From NCBI RefSeq assembly GCF_009914755.1, contig NC_060925.1: DNA of 64,000 bases. One strand, written 5' to 3'. Both the position numbers and the translations under genes were made by a program. The notes under the pieces are model-generated. The model ran no database searches. It was not told where the DNA came from and saw nothing but the letters and a program-made list of their open reading frames with translations. This stretch comes from the human T2T-CHM13v2.0 reference genome, Homo sapiens. This document shows, piece by piece, positions 40,229-59,350 of this stretch (its first letter is position 1; each line of letters starts with the position of its first letter).

Positions 40229-40818
40229 ATCACCACATCATCATCCTCATCACCATTATCATCACCATCAACATCACTGTCATCATCACCATCATCATTA
40301 TCACCATCACCATCATTATAGTTACCATCACCATAATTATCACCATCAACATCACCATCGGTGCCATCAACATCATCATCATCACCATCACCATCATCAT
40401 CATCATTACCATTACCATCACCATCATCATCTTCACCATCACCATTGCACCATCACCATTATCATCATCATAATCACCATCAACATCACCATAATAATCA
40501 TCACCATTATCATCATTATCACCATCACCATCATCATCATCATTACCATTACCATCACCATCATCATCTTCACCATCACCATCACCATTGCACCATCACC
40601 ATTATCATCATCTTAATCACTATCAACATCACCATAATAATCACCATCACCATCACCATTATCATCATTATCACCATCACCATTATCACCATCATAATCA
40701 TCATGAAATTACCATAATCATACTCACCATTACTATCACTGTCATCACCATCACAATCATTACCACTAACACCACCACCATCATCATCATCATCACCACC
40801 ACCATCATCATCATTATC
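40229..40818 (+). repeat. (CAT/CAC)n low-complexity tract, right part
   Basis: ~590 bp of degenerate CAT/CAC/TAT/AAT triplets. Confidence 0.95.
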
Positions 40819-40999
40819 CTAACAATAAAGATGGCAGAACAAATGAATCTCATTTGTTAATGCCCCACATGGTGGCACTGTGCTGAGGGCCCTTATCTGC
40901 TACATCTCATCACTCAGCCTTATGTTGCTTCCCTCAGACCTTTAAGGATTTCTAAGCAAAATGGGATAACCTTATTCCTGGAAGAATTAATTGCTTCTT

Positions 41000-41700
<701 letters not shown>

Positions 41701-42389
41701 CCTGGGGCTGGTGGTGGGTGGGGCTGGAAGGGCATGATTTGCTGGGAAGCTGACCCTGGGACCTTGACCTCCCATTCCCTTGACAGAAAGGCTTTTGCTT
41801 GAGCTGGTGCAGGTGGCCTAGGGCCTGCAGGTGGTGGCGAGGACCAGGGAGTCCCCCAGGAGAAAGGGACACTTTTCTGACAGACCCTGTGCTATTTTCA
41901 TCCTAGTATTGCTCCCCACAGCAGGGAGCTTCTGTGGGCACCCAAAGGCCTGGGAGGCTTGTCCCTCCAGTAGGAACAAGCTTTGCACAGCTGTCATCAC
42001 ACAGCTGGGCTCTCTTGTCTGTGATGGAAAGTAAAGAATGGGAGTCCATGGCGTGGGTTTGCTGTCATCTTTTAGAAGGTCACCAGCATCTTTGTTAAGT
42101 GGCACAGCTGGGCCTGGTTGGTCTTTGTCCAGGGAACAATGGAGCGCCAGTGAGGGGACCACTCCTTCAGAATCTAAGGAGTCCGAGACACAGGGTGGAG
42201 GAAAGAATCTCACACGGGGTGGCGAGAGATGAGGCTTCTGGCTCTGTCCCTAGCCTAGGGAGGCACCCCCGGGCCTCTGTTTTCTCACCTGAGAGAAACT
42301 GCAGGCACCCACGCAGTTCTAAATCGTGCCATAGCCCTGGCTCTGGTGGGATCTTAGTGGGGGATGCCAGATGGGAAAGAGGCTGGGTT

Positions 42390-43240
<851 letters not shown>

Positions 43241-43289
43241 TAGACTAATGGGAAAAGCACCATTGTCGGATAGCTTCAAAATGACTTAT

Positions 43290-43520
43290 ACCAGGCAATG
43301 GCAAACTTCTTCTGTAAATGACCAGATAATATATATTCTAAGCCTTTATGGGCCATATGGTCTGTTGCACTACTCAACTCTGTCCTTGTAGCTCAAGAGC
43401 AGCCATAGGCAATAGGCAATCAAAAGGGCATGAGTATATACCAATAAAACTTTATTTATAATAAAAACAGGTAGTAGGCTGGATTTGGCCCATGGGCCAT
43501 AGTTTGCCAATCCCTGACTT
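43290..43520. mobile_element. MER58A hAT MITE
   Basis: CAGGCAATGGCAAACTTCTTCTGTAAA...CCAATAAAACTTTATTTA...GGCCATAGTTTGCCAATCCCTG. Confidence 0.8.
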
Positions 43521-45143
43521 ACACACACATTGATGATTACCCTGGAAGCATCTGGAGGGCAGGGACAATGTTTCATAGAGATTTTATAGAGATTCATGTC
43601 CCTGCTTTTAGACATGATAAGTTCCTGGAGCCCAAGATGTTTCAGCTTATTCATTCTTTCAGTAAATATTATTGAGCACTTACTATGTGAGGTGCTATTC
43701 TAGGCAAGGGCAAGGAAGACAGACAGTTCACTTGCTTTCTCAGAGCTTGCATTCCACTGGTTGTAAAGAACAGAAAAAAAAAAAAAAGAATGGCTTAACC
43801 ATTACAGGGAATTTTTGCACAAGTAACTAAAGAGTCCATAGGTAGATCAGCCTTCAGCTTAGGTTTGATCAGGTCTCAGGTTCAGTTTCTCTGTGATTTT
43901 CCACTTGCTTCTGCTTTCCTCCACATATTGGATTTGTCCCCTTTATTCTGAGTTTTTTTTTTGCCCACAGTAGTGATATGAGCACCAGCCAGTGGCTTCC
44001 TGGGGCTACCTGCTTCCTCTTTCTCATTCAAGAGACAGACCTCTTCCTCCACCATCAGCAAGAGCTCTAATGGGCTCACCTTAGGTCCTTTGCTGACTGA
44101 CTCAATTCTTGTGCTTGGGAAAGTGGAAAGTGGTAGTTGGCTTAGATTTGGATTACTATGGCCAGTGACCCCTGATGGGTTACACTTATCAGAGCCCACT
44201 TCCTGGGACTAAGCCTGGGGCCAGTCCCATTTCCTGCTGAAACAATGGGTGAAGGACAGGATATATGTCAGAGAGGCCACCACAGTGAATAGGAGCCATC
44301 GCTAAGCAAAAGTCACAATCTATCTTCCTGTCATTCCATAGGAATCAATGCACGAGGGGTCAAAGCAACAAACAGTGAAGTCCAGAGGGTTATTAGGTAG
44401 CATCAGAGGAGCAGGGCAGTGAGACGTGAATGGTCAAAGAGGGAACTGTCTTCTACTTATAGACCTTGGGTGTATCAGGCCTGAAGAGGCCTTAGAGATT
44501 ATGTCATCCAAACCTCTCATAGTATATAAGGGGAAACTGAGGCCTAGAGAGGAGCAGGGATTTGCTGAAAGTCACTCAGGGAGTTAGTGGCCAAATTCGA
44601 GGTTAAATTTGGGTCTCTTGCCTTTCTGTTTCTTTGCTTCTCCCTCACATTGAGCACAAGCCCCTGCAATTAGCAGGTACTTAGTAAAGATGTTGATTTG
44701 CTTTGCTTCCAATTATGGCAAATCCATGCATGGGGAGGGGGTATATTCACAGTAGATGTATCCCAAGACATTCACGAATCTCCAAATTTACAGACGATAG
44801 CAGGAGGTAATAGGCTGCCTATTAACATACCATGATAACATCCATGGACTTTGGACAAACAGACCTGAGTTCAAGTCCCAGTTCTGCCACTTAGAAGTTC
44901 TGTGACCTTGAATAAGTTACTCAGCCCCTCTGAGAACACTGCACACTCAGGGCCTGGCCGATTGGACATACATGAGGCATAACTGAAAACCATTAAGTGA
45001 CCCCTCACACTGAATAACTGCCCAGGCAAAAGACAAGTAGAGAAGAGAGAGCCACATTGCAGTATAGATGCTGGGGAATGGCTCAGTGGGTTGCCCAACA
45101 CAGCCTATGACACATGGTAGTTGTACGCACCAGCCTTCTTTTA

Positions 45144-45575
<432 letters not shown>

Positions 45576-45868
45576 TCACCAAAGAAGTCATATCAGTTAA
45601 GATAATGCTAGTGGCTGCAACAAACAACTCCCCAAGTTTCGGTGACTTAACACAAGTTTATTTCTCTTTCATGTAACAGGAGAATGCGGGTTGGCGAGGG
45701 TTGAAATGGGGTGATGGGTGGGGCATTCTGCCCATGCCGCCTTTCAGGGATCCAGGTTGATGAAGGCTTTTCTGTCTTTGACGTGTGGCTTTCAAAGTCA
45801 TCCTGAGCACTGACATTAGCCAGCAGACAGGGAAGAGAGAAGGTACGGAAAAAAACACCCATTTCTTA

Positions 45869-46334
45869 TTTATTTAACTTTTAAGTTCAGGGGTGCAAGT
45901 GCAGGTTTGTTATATAGGTAAGCTCATGTCATGGGGGTTTGTTGTACAGATTATTTCATCACCCAGGTATTAAGCCTAGTACCCATTAGTTATTTTTCCT
46001 GATCCTCTCCCTTCTCCCACTCTCCATCCTTTGGTAGGCCCCAGTGTCTCTTGTTCCCCTCTATGTGTCCATGTGTTCTCATCATTTAGCTCTCACTTAT
46101 AAGTGACAACATGTGGTATTTGGTTTTCTCTTCCTGTGTTAGTTTGCTAAGGATAATGACCTCCAGCTCCATCTATGTTCCTGCAAAAGACATGATCTCA
46201 TTCTTTTTTATGGCTGGTAGTATTTCATGGTGTGTATGTATCACATTTTCTTTATCCAGTCTACCATTAATAGGCATTTAGGTTGATTCCATGTCTTTGC
46301 TGTTGTGAACAGTGATGCAATGAACATATGTGAG
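45869..46334 (-). mobile_element. 5'-truncated L1PA 3' end inside an MLT1 element
   Basis: TTTTAAGTTCAGGGGTGCAAGTGCAGGTTTGTTA... with an exact 16-bp TSD AAACACCCATTTCTTA at 45853-45868 and 46335-46350. Confidence 0.88.
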
Positions 46335-47457
46335 AAACACCCATTTCTTAACCATTTAGCCTAAAAGCCATAGCCATCACTTCTGTTCACATTCTACTGG
46401 GGAGAATAAATCACATGACCTCACTCAGATGCAAAGGACACTGGGAAATGTAGTCGCTGTCTGAACAGTTGTGTTCATTCCAGTAATAATCTCCCAATGA
46501 CCAAGGAAGAAGAACCAGAATCTTTGTTGTCTCTGTCACAGAAATCTATTCCATGTTTTTAAGGCATTTGTACTTTTCTCTCAGAGCACTCATCATAGTT
46601 TATTTAGCATTTTAGAAAATTTGGTGACTCTTTGATTCTCTCTTCATTTGCAGATGCTAAGCTCCATGAGAGTAAAAGATTCATCATTATATCCTTGGTG
46701 CTTCGCACAGAATAAGTGATCAACAAATGCGTGCTGAATGAATAAAAGAAGATATATATTTATTAAATGACTTTTTATATGACAATATATATTTATATAT
46801 TGGTGCTTTCCATTGCAAGTGACAAAAGAACCAATTTTCCTAAGTTAAACAATAAAATGGTTTGTTGGCACAGGTCAGCAAAGATTCCAGAGGTCTGAAA
46901 GCTTTCAGGTGTGGCTGGGTCATGGTTCTGGCTGTTTCTCTTACAGTTCTTTCTACCCTGCTCTGTCCTAGTGTCATCTTTGTTCTTAAGTTGGTTCTGT
47001 CATGGTTGGAAGATGACTGCATGTGCCACCGTGACTGACCTCCTATTTCCTCATGGAGAGAACAGAGGAAGCACAACTTCCCACAGTCACTGAATAAAAG
47101 TCTTTAGCTTTGTTCTGATTAAACCTAGCTCAATCTTTGTTGCAAAGGAGATAAGATGGAAGCTGATTGGGACTTATCCTTTGGGACCCACCCTTGGATC
47201 TGAGGGCGGGGAAATAGTTCACCCAACTGCACAATTGCTGTGCAATATGGAAGGAGCGGCTCCCCAAATAGAAATATGGGTTCTGGAAGGAAGGTGTTAA
47301 GAGGCAAAGGGATGCTGCTGAAACAATCAGAGTGTGTCCCTCTCACTACTGTGTTTCCAGAAACAAGGGCATTTCTAGAACTATTTATAGTAAATTCAGA
47401 AATGCCTATTACAATTGGAAGTGGGTTGAGGAGAAAGGCTCACTGTTTTGAGGTTGA

Positions 47458-47886
<429 letters not shown>

Positions 47887-50499
47887 CTCTAGGCCCCAGA
47901 GTCTTAATCTTGGCATATGAATTTTGTTGTCATCAGTTTCCAGAAGATACATCATGATACCCAGGAGAGCATACCAAGGCCCAGGGTGTTTTCTTGTCAG
48001 CCAGAACACAAAACAAACAATACAAGTCCCTTAAACAAAAAGAAATGACAACCAAAGGAAGAAAAACCAGCAAGATTAGATGCAAAACAAAGAGCATGTC
48101 TCAAAGACAAAGCAAACTAGCTCTGGTCTTCCCAGCAAATCTTACAACACAAATAGAGACACTGCCAGAAGTCAGAAAGAAATTGCCAGAACAGGAGCAA
48201 CCACCCAAGTGTTGCCTGGAGATGCTCAAAATAGGTGCAAATTAATGGTTACCAAGTCCTTACAAAGAAAGAAAATAATTGAACACATTCCATTTAGCAA
48301 ACGTTTACTTTTCTAACACTCTGCTGATTGAAAAGATGACAAGACTAAGTGCTGATCCCAGTGGACACAGAAAAGCAAATGTGTGAGCATCTGAAGCAGA
48401 GGTGTGGGCGTCACAGAGAAGGGGACAATTAATTCTGCCTGGAGGCTTTCAAGGAGAGTTACAGAGATGAGCTGTCACCTGAGCTGACCCCTGAAGGATG
48501 AACAGGGTTCAGCTGATGGTCGAGGAGGAGAAGCAGTAGGAAGTGTGGGTACAGAGGCCCCGCAAACTCAGAAGCCCTGTGGACATCTTTGCATTTCTCT
48601 GCTCAACATTCATTCTCCTTTCCTTTGATGCCATCATCCCACTTTTCCTTTGGGAAAACCCCTCTCTCATTCTATGTGGTCCTGTTGGAACTGCCTATCA
48701 CAATGAGGCTCCACCCCCAAAGGTGGGTACACGACCCAAGCCAGTCAATCGGCCTCTCTCCTGGGACTCTGCCTCTTCAGCAGAGTGATCCATTAGCCTA
48801 ATGCCTCTGTAGCAGAGCCATTCTGTCCTCAGTGTCTTCAAGAGACTATCTGTGAGGTTGTGTTACCGAGACTCCCTGGGTTCTGTCCTTCCCAAGGCCT
48901 GGTGGATCAGCTCTTCCTCCTGTTTCATGAATCATCCAGCTTGCTTGCTTTTTGGCTTTAGTTAGCCAGAATAAGTTGTCATAGCTTGCAACCAAAGAAC
49001 TTTAATTGATATGGAAATTAGTACCAGGATGAGGGTTGCAGACAATAGCCCCTGAGGGAAATAGGGAATCGGGCAGAAAGGAGACTGTGATTGGGTGCAC
49101 TAACTGCCCATGATACCCACAGTCACTAAACAGCCAGCTGCTCACCATGGGCAAAGCTTGGGGGGCTGGGTGGTTGCTGACATATAACAATGGGGAGGCC
49201 TCATGATGGGATGGTTGCCTCGGCAACATTACGTTAATTAAAGAGAGAAATACTTGTCATCCCTGGCACCACCCAATATATTATGGATAACATTTCTTTG
49301 TTTATTTCTTCTGTTTCGCCCCCAGCCCGCCAGTGCCTAGAATGATGCCTGGTACAGAGTAGGCATCTAAGCATTTGGTGAACAAATGTAGGTGTGAATA
49401 AACAGCAAGCTCAAATTTAGGATTGCCAGAATACAAAACAGAAGATTTATCCCAGAAAGAATGAAAGGAACTTGCTGATTTACATTCTCAAAAATCAGAG
49501 GAGAAACTGTGGAAATAGATATTGAGCCTCCCTAATGAAGAATAAAATTTTGGGTCAGGTTGAATTTATTGCTGTGAGTGCCCTGACCTGAGATTCTGCA
49601 ATTCGATGTGCTGATTTGGACAGCCCCTGTGAGCCTAATGTTGCCTAGGTTGGTGAATTCAAGTGCTGGTTCACATCACATGACGTGGAAAGCCAGCCTT
49701 GATTGTCTGAACAATGAAGACAGTGTGAATGGAGGAATGAAACACTTAGGAGACATGAACTCCAGAGGGTATTTATCCCATGCATCCTGCCTCCTGCGCA
49801 CTCTCTCACTATCTCCCTGAAATGGTCCAGATTCCACTCCTGTCATCCCTGCTTTGAGAACCAGATTGATGAGGGGAGCATAAGAATGTTTTAAAAAGCT
49901 TATTCCTGACTTCTGTTTCTTGGCCAGGGATGACAGTGGGAAGGGTTGCAGCTGAAATTCTTTCAGTACAGTTGAGGGATGCCGAGGTTGGTACAGCCAG
50001 GAGGCAGTAATCACAAGGGGAAAATGGATGTGGTCATCTTGGATGAAGTCATCAGATCTCGGAGCATGTGCTGAGCCACATGGGAGTCCCCAGAAATGAA
50101 ATGGGCGGGCAACCCACTAAAGTCTTGTTTGATTTGGAGGTCAATGACATGAATATACAGGACCTCACCTTCAGTAGAGTTCCTTAGAGTTCAGTAGGCT
50201 GTGCTCTGTCTGGATGTCCCCTCTAAATTAAAAGGTAAGACTCAGACTGGCATTAGATTTCTATCAGGCACAGCTGCCATTCATTCCTTTAATCCTTGAA
50301 CTTCTTTTTTTAAAAATTTTCTTTGTGGGTTAGACCCAGTGTTCTTTGTACTTGATATCTTCACCTTAGCTTACCTTCTTATGTTAATGAACTGCACTGT
50401 CAGGTCATTTTCTATGGAAAAAAAAAAAGCAAGGTTCTAGGTCCTTCCTTGTCCAAAAATATCTTGGTTGCATCATATTTTCACTAGATGTATACTTCT

Positions 50500-50692
50500 A
50501 GACCAGGGCTTGGAAAACTATGGCCCATGGACCAAATTCAGTCTGTCACCTGTTTTTGTAAATAAAGTTTTATTGGAACATAGCCATGAACATTCATGTC
50601 TATAAGGTCTATGGCTGCTTTTGTACTGTTTTGGCAAAGTGGAGTAGTTGTGACTGAGGCCTTTTACAGAAAAAGTTTGCTGACCCCTGCTT
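50500..50692. mobile_element. MER58A hAT MITE
   Basis: CAGGGCTTGGAAAACTATGGCCC...AAATAAAGTTTTATTGGAACA...AAAAAGTTTGCTGACCCCTG. Confidence 0.8.
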
Positions 50693-50888
50693 TAGACTAA
50701 AAGTAGTTTCCCTTAGGACTTGGGAGGTATTTTTCGGTTGCCTTCTGCCATCCGGTGCTGATGACAAGGAGTCTGATGCCAGTCTGATTCTTATTCCTTT
50801 GTAGATGTCGTGTTTATTTCCCCTTCTATCTCTGGAAATTTTTAGGGTCCTTTCTTCATCTTTAGTATTCTAACATTAATGTGACTAG

Positions 50889-51373
<485 letters not shown>

Positions 51374-51464
51374 TTATCTTTTCTATTACGTTTTCTCTTT
51401 TATTGTCTTTTTCTTCTACTTTCTGAGAGTTTCCATGACTTTAATCTTTCAACCTTTCTTTGTT

Positions 51465-51752
<288 letters not shown>

Positions 51753-52229
51753 CCAATTATTGTTTTAACATAACTTTCTATTGTCATTTTTTAGATGTCA
51801 TTATTTTCTTGAACCTCTGAGGGTTGCAATGAGAGATTTTTTTTTTTTAAGTATCTGCTCCCTGAATTATCTTTATTTCTTCTGGGTCATTCCCCAACTC
51901 CCTTATTTGATAATGTTGGCCTTCTTCATTTGCAGTGTTTCTCCCCATTTCTGGTGGTACTTGATGGTCTGTTCATATTTATAAACAAGACAATACACAT
52001 CTCCATACATGTAGGTGGGGCTTGCTACCCAGTGAGTTCTGTTTTATGGTGAATGCACGACAATGCTGCGGGAGATCTTTTATCGCATGCATTAAAGTCT
52101 ACACTAGTTGCTCTAATTATTCCCTGTTTGTTGAAATTCTTTAGAGAAAAGCCCTCTGATTTTTCACCAGGAGGGTAGTGGTAGTGGTATGGCCAAGAGT
52201 GGGGAGGTTGGATGCCCAGGCTCTATACA

Positions 52230-52232
<3 letters not shown>

Positions 52233-52268
<36 letters not shown>
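52233..52268 (+). repeat. (TG)18 microsatellite
   Basis: Perfect TG run followed by (GA)n. Confidence 0.95.
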
Positions 52269-52270
<2 letters not shown>

Positions 52271-52341
52271 AAAGAGAGAGATAGTGGGAGGAGTTTGTGT
52301 CGACACATCTTCTTTATTTTGTTGGTATTAATAACAACCAC

Positions 52342-52736
52342 TTTGATGGTTAATACCGAGTGTCAACTTGATTGGATTGTAGGATGCAAAGTATTGATCC
52401 TGGGTGTGTCTGTGAGGGTGTTGCCAAAAGAGATTCACATTTGAGTCAGTGGGCTGGGGAAGGCAGACCCACCCTTAATCTGGTGGGCACAGTCTAATCA
52501 GCTGCCAGCAAATATAAAGCAGGCAGAAAAACATGAAAAAGAGAGATGGGCCTAGCCTCCCAGCCTACATCTTTCTCCTGTGCTGGGTGCTTTCTGCCCT
52601 TGAACATCAGAATCCAAGTTCTTCAATTTTGGGACTCAGATTGGCTCTCCCTACTCCTCAGCCTGCAGACAGCCTATTGTGGGACCCTGTGATTGGGTAA
52701 GTTAATACCTAATAAACTCATATATATATATATCTA

Positions 52737-52769
<33 letters not shown>

Positions 52770-52810
52770 CCTATTAGTTCTGTCCTTCTAAGAGGACCCT
52801 GAGTAATATG
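52342..52810 (+). mobile_element. MLT2A (HERV-L) solo LTR
   Basis: TGATGGTTAATACCGAGTGTCAACTTGATTGGATTG...CCTATTAGTTCTGTCC, with internal (TA)n. 5-bp TSD ACCAC at 52337-52341 and 52811-52815. Confidence 0.88.
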
Positions 52811-54963
52811 ACCACTTTTTACTTTGAAAAACCATCCCTCTCTTTCATTTCATGTGACTCTGTAGGGCTATCTGTCATGCTGTCCTGCCCTTTTCACCAC
52901 AAGGGTAGACTTATGAACCAGGATGCCCAAACACTGTCCTCCATTATCCCTGGCCACATGCATATTTTTAGGAATGGGCACCCAACTCAAACTGGACCAA
53001 TCAGGGTCTTTCATTAGATTTGACGTATGGGTCTACCCTTTCTCTGGGGCCTTGAGCTGTGAAGATCACGCAAGCCTGGAGCTGTCAGTGACCACTTTTC
53101 ATGACTGAGTGGAAGAGGCTGCCTGTAGAATGAAGCCAATATGCTAAGGGAGGAACAGAGAGAGAGAGAGAAAGAGAAAGATCTTTGGATCCAACTTTGA
53201 CTTCCACTCTAAAGCTTCAAATTATGTGAACTGATAGTTCTATTTGTGAGTTAGGCTGATTTGAGTTGGGTCCTGTCATTTGAAATGGAAAAGGATCCAA
53301 ACTAACCCGGTTTCAGAGGTGGAAGACATCTGGTCCTACTTGTACTCTGGAGACTCTTGGGTAGGAGCATCTGTGAGAAGCACACAGAGGTGAGGCTGAA
53401 TTCCTGTGCTGGGCTTTGAGAACTTCAGCAAAGACCCCTGGGCCCAACTTTGACTTGGAGAGAGTAGAGCCCCACTCTTCAAACACACCAACTGATCACC
53501 AGGAAAGGCAGGCACGCTGTACAGAGACCCTTTCTGAAATGTTCTGGGCTGGGCAAATCCTCAGGACTCCCACACAACTTCAAGGGAGGAAGAAGCGATT
53601 ACCCCCAGAACATGATTTAAATTGTCCACCCATCTGGGTTAGGTGAGTCAAACTGATTTTACTTGGAAAGTTAAAGCAGTGTGACATTTCTTGTGTTTGA
53701 ATGTCATGGAAGAAATTCATACTTGTGACTCCTCCTTCTCCTAATCATCACAATCGTCCTTATCACCACCATCATCATGTGTCCCAAGGCCAGACTACAC
53801 AGTGTTAATCATACCATGTGTGCAGTATTAACAGCCAAGCTCAGGCCCATCTCTTTCTCATTTCTCCCCACCAAGGGTTAAAACAGCTTGGAGTCTTTTC
53901 CTACCCAGGCTCAGCTTGTTAAACTTCGACAGAACATTTTCAGATCAAGCTTTGAAATAATTTGTCAAGTTTTTAGCTGTTGAGAGAACAAAACAAAGGT
54001 GATTCAGGAACAGATAAAAAGAAATAAGATAAGTGACTTCAAACATTATCAAAAAGCTGGCGGTGAAGTACAGAAGGAAAAAGCAATCAGTCAGTTAGAC
54101 AACATGGCATGAGATCTGTAAGATAGCGTTTTGGAGTTCCAGTACGTGGGAGGGGGGTCTGATCAGAGCGGGCTAGTCCACAGAACTAGGCTCTGTGGCA
54201 CACCTAGAAGGAAGCTGAAGGATTACATACATAAAATGGACCAAGCAGCATGGACAAAACAGTAATAGTCATTTGTTCAAATATTTATTGAGCATCTGTT
54301 ATATGCAAGGTTTTGTCCAGGTGCAAAGATGAATCAAACATGGAGCTTATCCTATGCATTCGTTGACCTGGAGAGGAGATAACAGGCACAGAAATGACTG
54401 TAACACATGGAAGAAAGTGATAAGGCTTTATCTTATCACTTAGGAGAGCCGAAGATAAAATTCTATAGTATTTGTGTTAAAATGTTAACAAAAATTAGAC
54501 AACTGAGATATGATGTTCTTCTGGATCTGCGTTAACAAGAGATAGAGCCCAAAGTTCACGACAAAAGCTGCCTAAATGAAAAACAAAAGTAGAATATACT
54601 AAGAATTTAACTCAATGAGAAGTGGTTGTGGGCAAAGGAAACACAAGATACATTTACAGAACAATGCAATATAGCTCAACTCTGTACTTCGGAACTTTTA
54701 TGAATATGAGAAATAGAGGACTTACCACCATTGGTTAAAAAGTCACAAAAAAAGCATTAAAGGAGATAAAGTCACTCTATAATGGAGGAAGATACACAGT
54801 AGAGAGCAACCTCCCATGGCTTGGAACGAACTGTGCTGATTTTCCAGAAATTTACCATGAAATGTACTTCATTATGTGATAATGAAGTACAAATGGATGA
54901 CTGCCAAGGAAGTAGAGGATACTCATGTCAAAGAAATAGAGAATATGCTCCTAAATATGTTAA

Positions 54964-55394
<431 letters not shown>

Positions 55395-55397
55395 ATT

Positions 55398-55688
<291 letters not shown>

Positions 55689-55689
55689 T

Positions 55690-56341
<652 letters not shown>

Positions 56342-56603
56342 CAAATGCTGCATGTTCTCACTTATTATAAGTGGGAGCTGAATGATGAGAACACATGGAC
56401 CCAAAGAAGGGAAAGGCAGGTACTGGGACCTACTAGGGGTAAAGGTTTGGAGGAGGGAGAGGAGCAGAAAATATAACTATTGGGTACTAGGCTTAGTACC
56501 TGGGTGATGAAATAAGCTGTACATCAAACCCCTGTGACATGAGTTTACCTATATGATAAACCTGCACATATACCCCTGAACCTAAAATAAAAGTTAAAAA
56601 AAA
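56342..56603 (+). mobile_element. L1P 3' end (sense) with poly-A
   Basis: CATGTTCTCACTTAT...GTGGGAGCTGAATGATGAGAACACATGG...CCCCTGAACCTAAAATAAAAGTTAAAAAAAA. Confidence 0.88.
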
Positions 56604-57099
56604 TTTTCTAAGTAGATTGTTTCATGTTACTGAAAAGGATGGGCATTCTTATGGGGGAATGCTTATGCTCTGTTCCTGTTGTTTGTTTCTGACGTATGGA
56701 GCATCCGTTGTGTAACACTCCTGATCTCCCTCCACCCATTCCCTCATTCTTCTCTGGAAGAGTCTTCCTGATTGACAAGTTTAGGAGAAGAAACTGGGCA
56801 TGTCCAGTTCAGCCCCTCTCTCTCCTTCCTGTTTGAGTGCTGCCTGCCTGCTGAGGGCATGTGCTCTGGTCTGCTTCTGGCTGGGTGGCCAGCTTAGCTG
56901 CAAAGGCTCTGGCCCTCCGGTTGTTCAGCATTGCCCATGACTAAGTAGGTTAGTCATCCAATTCGGGGTGTGGAGTTAGGAAGCTCATTGTTTCCATAGT
57001 CACAAGCTACATCCTCCAATTTAGCCCTAATTGATGTTTTTAAAAATCAGAAATAATTTGAGCTCTACCTGATTGATTCTTTTGTCTTTTAATTGGTCA

Positions 57100-57545
<446 letters not shown>

Positions 57546-58059
57546 TTTTCTAATGACGTTGCCTCCAGACCCCAAATCTGATGTATTGGCTAGGAACTTA
57601 AAAAAACACATGAGTAGAGCTAAGGAAGCAAAATAGAAGTGACATTTGAAGTAAGCTGCTGTTCCCATACAGGTGGGGATGCAAGTGACAATCTCATCAG
57701 ACACAGGCAGCTTCATGCGGAGGGACTTAGCAAAACTCGAGCACCAGGATCCAGCAGAGTCATGGGCCATGCAAGCCTAAATTTGTAGGTTACTGCAAGT
57801 TGACCTGGAACTGCAAGGAACTGGCCTTTGCACATCTGCAGGGGATATCTGGGGTTAGCAGATGCCAGAGGGCCATGGGGGCTTCAGGCAGCGTGCACAG
57901 GGGAGGCAAAGATTCATTATGGGAGGAGAGAGGGGCTTCCTGTATGCAAGTCCTGCAGACACTGGGGGCACAATGGTTTGCTGCATTTCCTGTTTCTTCA
58001 GCCACGTCTGCAGGCCAGGACTTAGGCTTCACCACTGTATAGAGCAGTGCTTCTCAAAC

Positions 58060-58655
<596 letters not shown>

Positions 58656-58969
58656 GCTTCTCAAACTTTAATGGGGATTTCTTACAATGCAGATTCTGAT
58701 TCATTCGATCTGTGTTGGGAACTAAGATGTGGACCACACTTTGAGTACCCAGGTAGGTCCTCCCATAGACCTCCTGAATCAGGATCTGCATTTTAACAAG
58801 ATTCCCTGGGTGACTTTCCGGCATGTTAAATTTTGAGAAGTGCTGCTCTAGACCCCTGGGGTTTCAGTGTTTGGCATTAAAAGCCTGTGTAGTTGGTATA
58901 GAGGAACTGCCTGAATTCCATTTCTTTTACATTGTTTTGAGTGGCGTCAGTCAAGAGACCCAACTGTAG

Positions 58970-59180
58970 AGCAGTGTTTTCAATCAGGGGTGATTTTGGC
59001 CCCCAGAGGACATTGGCAATGTATGGAGATGTATTTGTTGCAACTGGGAGGATACTGCTGGCATCCAGTGAGTGCAGGCCAGGATGTTGCAAATCATCCT
59101 ACAGTGCCCAGGCCAACCACCGCACAACAAGAATGATCAAGCCTCAAATGTCAATAGTGGTGAGGTTGAAAAAGCCAGCT
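58970..59180. mobile_element. MER20 hAT MITE
   Basis: CAGTGTTTTCAATCAGGGGTGATTTTGGCCCCCAGAGGACATTGGCAATGT...AATGTCAATAGTGGTGAGGTTGAAAA. Confidence 0.8.
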
Positions 59181-59350
59181 ATGGAGGGATCAGCCTTGAG
59201 TTTAGATGGCATATCTACATGTGGGCAGTTCCACTCAAAGTCTTAATTTGGCTCTGGATTTCTTAGTTATAGAAGTCATATCATAGCCAAATGTTGGACT
59301 CACTCATGGAAGGATGGTACATTTTATAACAGAGAAAAAATGAAAAAGAA

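Noticed and set aside
40230-40860. Poly-His, poly-Ile/Thr and poly-Met/Val ORFs (also at 33760-33973)
   Set aside because: These are translations of the (CAT/CAC)n tract, with no splice or promoter support.
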